64,000 nucleotides of DNA from Lama guanicoe (taxonomy: Eukaryota). The notes under the pieces are model-generated. The model was not told the DNA's origin. It was given only the letters and a program-made list of their open reading frames with translations, and searched no databases. Shown here one piece after another: positions 55,800 through 64,000 of this stretch (the stretch's first letter is position 1; each line of letters starts with the position of its first letter). Both the position numbers and the translations under genes were made by a program. Location of the stretch: positions 8,579,957 to 8,643,956 of the forward strand of contig MU053881.1 of NCBI GenBank assembly GCA_013239625.1, read 5' to 3'.

Positions 55800-58700
55800 C
55801 TCTGGCCCTTAGTTTCTGTGTCTAGGTACAGTAAGAGGCTCTGAGGGCTCTCAGGGTCTACTGCCACAATTTATCTGGGCAGCATGGAAACGTCTTCGCA
55901 CAGGCCTGGCCTCTGGGGAATGCTCAGTGCACGAGGCCTTTGACTTTGGGTCAAAGGACACTCCCTGTTCTAGAGAGGCCCACACCAGACTCGTCAGCCC
56001 TGGCATCACTGACATTTTGAGCTGGACCATTCTTAGTGGTGGGGCCGTCCTGCACATGTAGGATGTTTAGCGGTGTCCTTGGCCTCTCTACCCACTCAGT
56101 GCCAAGAGCACTGCCTTCCCTCATCCGTGACTCGTGAAGTGTCTCCAGACATTTGCAATGTGCCCTGGAGAGCACAGGTGCCCGTGGTAGGGAACCACGG
56201 GTCTGGACTGAGGGGAGGAGGGTTGTGGGAGCGATAGAGCTAATCGTGGTGCCAGGGCCCTTGGACCTTCTTTCGGATGCTGGTCACAGAAACCAAGATG
56301 CTTATCTTTGCGATCTGGGCAGCTTCTCCAGCCAAGGTAAAAATATAGGAAGCCAACATAATGACATAAATGTTATCTCTCTGCCACCAGTGAAATCTGT
56401 GTTTTGATCCTCTAATTCCCTAAAATAAGTCCTCAGTGATTTCAATTATTAACATTTTTGCAGATTATGCTTTTTCATCACAATTTTACGATGAATATTT
56501 GATTTCTCATCTAACCAGGGGAAAAAATTTTAATCCCTTAAGAGACAACTTAATTACCATTTAAACAACTAAAGATTTGATTAGAAAAGACCGAAGGTGC
56601 TATGTCAGGTAAACTCATGAACTTTAAACTTTTTAAATTTTCTTCAACCAAGTCCACAGTCAAATAAAATTATTGTGAAAAATTTTCCTACAGGAAAGTT
56701 TTATCTCTGAGGTGATTTTTTTCTGAGGCCTTTTTACAACACAAATTCTGCACTTGTTGGAACTGTCTTCAGAAACAGCTTTTGAATTTTGTGTTTTAAA
56801 GACAATGGACACTGGCTTTAAAGTAGAAAAGCTGTTTGTCACAGTGGTTGGCTGAAAGGCCTGTTCTGAATGTGACCTTAAGCCTCTGGATCCTTACTGG
56901 GGAGATAGAAAACCAATGGAGGGACAGACTCAGAGAACTTGCATTTCTGGTGTGAAGAAAACAGGTATCATACAAGAAAGACAGGGTGATTTAGGGGTGG
57001 GCCATTCGCTGTGAAGGGAACACCAAAGGGTGATGGGAGAGAGACAGAGGTGAACCTTCCAGATCAAGACAGGCCTCTCTGGGGGGCCGGCATTTGAGCG
57101 GAGACCTAAGAATGACTAGAAGAGGCCAGTCATGCAGAATGCCCAGGCTGGAGCATCCCTGCCCTGGACCAGCAAGACTCTGAGGCGGGACTTTGTGTGA
57201 GGACCAGAAGGCTGGCCAGAGCGGGTGAGGCAGACCTGCTGTAGAAGCTGCTGGGGACAGTGAGAGAGGAGGCAGGGACCGTCACCACAGGCCCTCCAGG
57301 CCAAGGAGAAGCACTTGATTTAGATTCTAACTATGGGAGAAGCCCTTTGAGGGCCTGACATCCCCGGCTTTACAATTTAAAACTACCCCTCTGGCTGCCG
57401 TAGAGAGACCCGTTGGTTTGTTGCCTGTTCCTTTCCCAGGCGCCTACAAAGCTCGACACGATGCTCTTGAAAATTTACCGATGATCGTTTTTATATGCCA
57501 TGGAGAATGGATTCTCTCTCCCCTTTTCTAAACTTCAGTAGAATAAAAGAAAACTCAACACCTGACCCTCAGCTTCCTCAGTAGAAGATTCTCTCGTTAA
57601 ATGTGCCCAGGAAATCAAAGATCTTATTTCAGCTGAAGACCGAGAACGCTTTCAGCGCCTGGCACCATGCGGTTCTCCAGGATTTTAGTTGGGCTAGCTC
57701 TGCTTCCCTCCCAAAGAAGAGAAACCCAGTGCCTGGCCAGCTGGCAGTGGCCTCGAGGCCAAGTTTTCCTTCTAAGCACCAGAAACATCGCTTCTCTCTC
57801 TGGGAGCCAATCATTTATGGCTCCAGCTACATTTGCCACGAGGTCTTTGGATGGCAAAGGGGATCCTGATCCAAGCCAATTAATAGAGCCATGTTGCACT
57901 TTTATGCTGTCCCCCACCTAACCAATACATCAACATGATTTGCACCCACTAATCAAGACTTTTACAATGGGTTCACCAAGCTTTCTCTCTCATTGGATGA
58001 AGAAACTATTTGGACTCGCGAATCATAACTCCTCCTGAGCCCCTGAAGTCCTGAGCTTGGCTCTGCTAAACGCACAGACAAGGTGAGTTATTAATTAACT
58101 ATTGAGATAAATGCCGGAATACCATCCCTGCGTCACGTCAAACCGATTTGGATGGTTATGGGATGGGGAGAGAGGGGGAGAGAACAGGGGGTGTGTGAGA
58201 AGGGTGGGTTCCAAGTGCTCTGGACAGACTCCAGTCTTATTTCTCCTCATTTAGACCAGGCTGGAGTGCCCTGAGCTCAGGCCAGCATCCACATCTCTCA
58301 ACCCAAGGGAGCCTCCTTCGGAGCAAGACAAGGAACCAAGCTTCGCAGATGGAGGTGAGCTGGGAAGTACTGTTCTGAACAGCGGCCTGACTGAAGCCTG
58401 TAATTTAGGGAGAGAAATGTAGACGCTGCTGCTGGATGGAAGGGTTCTGACCAGGGGTTATTGATCACACGAATCTGTGATGCTGAGGGAGACAAGGAGA
58501 CAGACAGAAGGCTCTGGGTTTTCTTTCCTGTCCTGCAGGCAACACCCATGCTCTGAGACAGTCGCTGCCCTGAGTTCCTGCTGAACGAAGGTCTCCCATC
58601 CCGACTGCCCTCACACGCTTGGTTGCAATAATAATAGTACCACGTTTATATATCATATCTTTTTAGACGGATGTGAGCTCTTTGCATCATGTTTGTCTCC

Positions 58701-61700
58701 GGGTTTCCAAAGGCCTATTTACACTGTCTAACATTTAGCAAACACTCAATGAATGTTTGCTAAACCATGAATGAATGGATGGATGGATGGGTGGGTGGGT
58801 GGATTCACACCCTAATGACAGAGAGTTAAAGACTTTTAACATTTTGAAACAAACATCAGTCATCTCTCCAACCAGGAACGGAGAGCACTTCTAAAACATA
58901 CTGAAGTTATTCATGCAGAAACTAAACATGAAGATGTGTTTCTGTTTTTCCAATTATTTCTTCTTGAAATAAAATTTCCCTCTCTGCACTTCACTCCTCC
59001 TGTGTTCTGGAGATTCTTGGGGAGGGGTTTGGGGCACAGGTGCCATGACATTGGACTGGGTGGGCTCGCTCAGGGGAAACCATTATTTAAACAAGTTTTT
59101 CTCAAAATGTGATCTGCAGACCACTTGCAACAGCATCCTCTGGCGGGTTTGGTAAAAGTGCAGATTCCTAGATCCCCTGACTTAATAAATCAGAATCTCA
59201 AAGTCTCCACATCTAAATATTAAACAAGTTCTCCAGCGTGGTCATGCAACACTGAAGTTTGAAGAGCACTGGTTAAAATCTCAGTGGTTCTGGACTGTGG
59301 CGAAATGATGGGTTAGGTTCCATCTCTGCGGATTTGGTATCTATTCCACACAACCACCACAACATTATTACTAATAACATTAAAGTTAGCAACAGCCAAC
59401 AGGGGAGGGCATCCTACGAGCCAGGCACCTTGTAAAACATACTAAGCATTTTCTCACTGAAACTTCACACCTGCTTATGGAAGCAGCATCACCATGCTTA
59501 TTCTACAGACAAGAAACCTGCGACTTTGAGGAGTCAACTGACTTGCAGGAGAGGGCCACAGAGATGGACTCCTGAGGCCAGGCTCTTGACCAGATGATGC
59601 TACCAGGTGATGAACCGTGTCACCTATTCAGAAATCAGGGAAGGGACAGGAGAAGGAGCAAAACAGCTAACTTTCAGAAGTGTGAGGAAGCAGAGCGGAG
59701 GGAGACACAGACAGCTTCGTAGTGTGATAAGGAAGGCTGTGGACTGTGGTGACACGTGCAGAAGCTTGGCCTGGGAAGGGCTTCCTCTTGCCCCCCCACC
59801 TCCAGGCTTCTGCCTGCAAACTGGAGAAGGCATCTGGTCGGACGGCGTGGGGTCTTCAGGGGGCCCCCTAGGCTGGCTTGCAATGATGGGAGCTGGGCTA
59901 TCGTACAGACAGAGGGCCAGGGCTCCTGACCCCAAGTTCTGGGTGTGAAAGGCATGTAGGGCAGGAGTAAGGACTGTCTTTCCAGGCCAGACGGTTTAAC
60001 AACGCCTCCCCGCCTCAAGGTTCCCAGTTTCAGAGGAAATCGACACCCTTTCTCCCACCCCTGGCTGTGATGAACTAGATCTCACACCTCTGTCTGCGTG
60101 GTGATAATTAAATATTATCCGCCTGTCACTTGACGCACATGTTGTGTGTATTCTCAGACTTTAATGAGCTGATATTTGTCTTCTGTAAGCAAAAATATTT
60201 CTTTGAGTGTCTTCTTTTTCAAATTGGGGTGAGCAGTTCAAGTAAAGATCTCTCACTATTAAAAAGACAGTCTGCTTGCCCGGCACGTCTGTCTGAACCG
60301 TCTCTGCTACCTCTTACGGGGCCAGGGCAGATGAAACTTGTGCCTTCAAAGTCTGCCAAGGTTTCCAGAAATTAAGTTAGCGGTCACATGGCTGGAGTGT
60401 TGGGAGACTCTGAAAGCGATGGGAGTAAGAAGGTAGGAATCCACAAATCATTTTTGTGGGATATTTGAAAGTAGCCTTTCTCATCTCAGCATGAAAGAAT
60501 CCAGAAATACATCTCAGTGAAAAATTTCCCCAAGTTTTCCAAGGAATGGTACTTAACAAGAGAAGCTACATCAGCACCCCCTGGACATTCAACTAGAGAT
60601 TCGAATTCTTGCACCCTCCCCTCAGGAAAGGGGCCACTGGCTTCGTGTCATCAAGCCGTCCAGGTGGTTTTGCTGTAAGGTAAAGTGTTGGGACGGCTCG
60701 TGGCTGGAGGAATTAGAGCTTTGTTCTCTCATGGAGAAAACTCAGGTTGAAGAAGGCTGTTAAGGGCTTCAAATATCTACATCTGTATTTGTGTTTGTAT
60801 TTATTTCAGCTTAGAATTTAAAAAAAAATCTATCACTTTAAACTGAGATTTTTTTGTTTTGTTTTTTAAATGTAGGGTGTTCCTAGATGGAGAGATGAAT
60901 TGCCTCTTCCAGCTTGCCTTGGAAGGGTGCTCTGTTATTTCCTCCATTCATGAGGTTTATAACAAGTATGTTCACCGCAGCTGCTCCCCAGGCCTGGGCG
61001 GCTCCTCCCACCCACGGCTGCGGACCCACACAGCTCTCCCCCGAGAACTGGCAAACAGGACAGAGCCTGGGGGCAGAACTCCCACCCCCACCCCCAAACA
61101 AACAGCATAGTGGTGTAATTAGTGTGCTGCAGGCCTGGATCTGAGCTGATGAGGAACAACTTTAGTATTTATCGATAAACAGCAAAGCGCTGAGCACACC
61201 TCCTAGGGAAGTAATTAACCATAAAAAGGATACTCGGCACCGAGCAATCTCCTCCAGAAAAAGAACTCCGTTAACTGTGAATTGCTTACGCCAGGTGAGA
61301 GAGAACCGGTGTCTACCCCGCTCGCCTGACATCAGCAACTCTGAATTAACTGGGAGTTTCTTTTTATAAACATCGCGCAGAACCTTTTTTTTCTTGGTGG
61401 TTAATTACTTCCTTGGGACGTTGCTTTAATAGTTCCCATAACAAGGCCATTATTGTCTTTAAGCATAATCACTGCCTCATTTGCTCCTGCGCCCTGCCTT
61501 TCTGATGCTCTGCCTCTGGGTGCCACGTGGGACCCCGAACTGTGCCCAGGGGGGCAGTCCTCAGGCTGGGGACTTGCAGCGTACCTCCTCCAGCTCCACC
61601 ACTTGGGTAACTTGGTTTTCTCCAGGTGGGAGCTGGGATGGGGTGGGGCTGGTGGAAGAGGGGCTGGCGGGCGGCACAAGGCATGTTAGTTCAGGGAGAC

Positions 61701-62562
61701 CGAGCCCCCCTCCCCTGGGTGCAGCATTCCCGCTATTTGCTAAGCTTTCAGCCGCTGACACCAGCCACAGGGACGGAAGCCAGGACAGCAGCTCCCTTCT
61801 GGAAGTGGAAGGAGGGAATCTGAGTGACTCGCTTTGCTTGGTAAAATCACCAGGGACCGGAAGCAAAAACAGCGAACCTTACCAGGAAAAGTACTGTGAA
61901 TTTGACTGTCTCTCTTGGAACAAAAAAAACGTATTATGTAGTTATGCCTCACTTCATTCAAAAATGAATTAAAGTGGCTTCTATTTTGGCTCTGTTTCAG
62001 GAAGGTAAGTGAATGAGCGGGAGCTCTGTAAATTGCATCAAGTCTATAAACTTTTTTGATGGGTGTACTCCTATCAGGGTATGCAATGTGTTAATTTGCA
62101 AAGTATGTACACGTTCCCACTGCAGTAATAGACTGTGGAAATTGCAAAATGTCTCTTAGGAGGATGAAGAAAAATAAAACAGGATGTCTCATGTTTTCAG
62201 CCTTCAACTGGATGGACTGCACCACACTCTGGATGCCACTGAGGCCGACTCCTTGGGGCCATGAGGGCAAGAGCTGAAATTCCCAGAGCGCAGGGACAGG
62301 CACCTATGAGACTATCCACATTTTTGTTCAATAATCAGACTCATGGATCCTCCCATACCCTGCAACAGCTTCTGCCCTGAGGGAATTCTGACCAGTTAGT
62401 AATTTTGGTGGGGGCGCATCACACACTTGTACTAATGTGAGGGGAGCATGACTCTATTCTCAGGAATCAGGCGGTCCATGTGCTCTTGCAGCCCCATCTA
62501 ATCCCACAGTCTTTGCGCTGCATCAGGGAATAGCACAGAAAAACTCAGCTCAGGGGTTTAGA

Positions 62563-62893
62563 ACAGAGGTCCGCAAACTTTTCCTGTAACGGGTCAGAGA
62601 GGCTTTGTCCACCACATGGTCTCTGTCCAGCTAACCAGTGTTGCCCTCAAGGGCGAAAGCAACCACGGACAAAAACGTAGATGGACAGGCGCGGCTATGT
62701 TCCAATAAAACTTTAGACATAGACACTGAAATCCGAATTCCACTTAGTTTTCATGTCTCATCATATATTCTTCTTTAGATTTTCTTTTCCCCAGCCATTA
62801 AAAATGTAAAAACCATTTTTTTTGCTTGCAGGTTGGTATGAGAACAGGCAGTGGGTCGGATTTGGCCCCAGGGCTGTGGTTTACCAACCGCTG
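62563..62893. mobile_element. MER58B-like hAT MITE
   Basis: cagaggtccgcaaactttttcctgtaa, gttccaataaaacttta and ggatttggccc..gggctgtggttt..caacc.ctg. Confidence 0.7.
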
Positions 62894-63105
62894 ATTAGAA
62901 CGTGGACTTTGGAATCCGGGCTGGGTTTGGGTCATAGTTTGACTTTTGGTCATTTTAAAGACGTGTCATCTTTAAAATGTCACTTAATTGCTCTCTAGGT
63001 CTCAGTTTCCTCATCTGTAAAGTAACATCTCAAAGGGCTGTAAGGATGAAGGGACGCACCGCTTGTGACATCTTAGCTCAAGGTGAGTGCGAACTGTCGT
63101 CACTA

Positions 63106-63894
<789 letters not shown>

Positions 63895-64000
63895 TTAATT
63901 CCAGCTGGTGGCTCAGAATTGATGCTACCTCAAGAAAAATCTTTTCTTTCTTGTTTTTTTTTAGAAGTGCCTTCTGCAGAAGGGAAAATTCCCTATCAAC

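Larger units (their letters stand above)
53238..57645 (+). repeat. Head-to-tail tandem duplication, 2 x 2204 bp (53238-55441 and 55442-57645)
   Basis: Identical ORFs recur at a 2204 offset. Junction GACCGAGA|CACTTCTG. Four substitutions found by eye. Confidence 0.97.

Noticed and set aside
58734..58764. Perfect 11-bp hairpin TTTAGCAAACA-9 nt-TGTTTGCTAAA as a miRNA or terminator
   Set aside because: Too short for a pre-miRNA and lies in an L2 3' tail followed by (GAAT)/(GGAT) repeats.

Overview
This is mammalian genomic DNA, most likely a camelid, inferred from vic-1-like tRNA-derived SINEs and cetartiodactyl-type L1 3' ends. The whole window lies inside the teneurin-2 gene (TENM2/ODZ2) on the minus strand. 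Eleven internal coding exons can be placed with canonical AG/GT boundaries and consistent phases (2686 nt, about 895 codons). They run from EGF repeat 8 through the Cys-rich, TTR-like and FN-plug region and the NHL beta-propeller into the start of the YD shell. One is the 21-nt alternatively spliced NKEFKHS microexon, which the ORF track misses. Introns hold nested L1 insertions, SINEs, solo LTRs, hAT MITEs, MIR/L2 relics, microsatellites and several TAAT-rich unique blocks. The most unusual items are a near-perfect 2204-bp tandem duplication starting inside an LTR promoter and a 346-bp TSD-flanked element that appears to join an L1 5' end directly to an L1 3' end. I see no convincing new multi-gene system. 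Almost all other ORFs in the track look like noise or L1 remnants. Repeat family names and boundaries come from visual recognition and are approximate.
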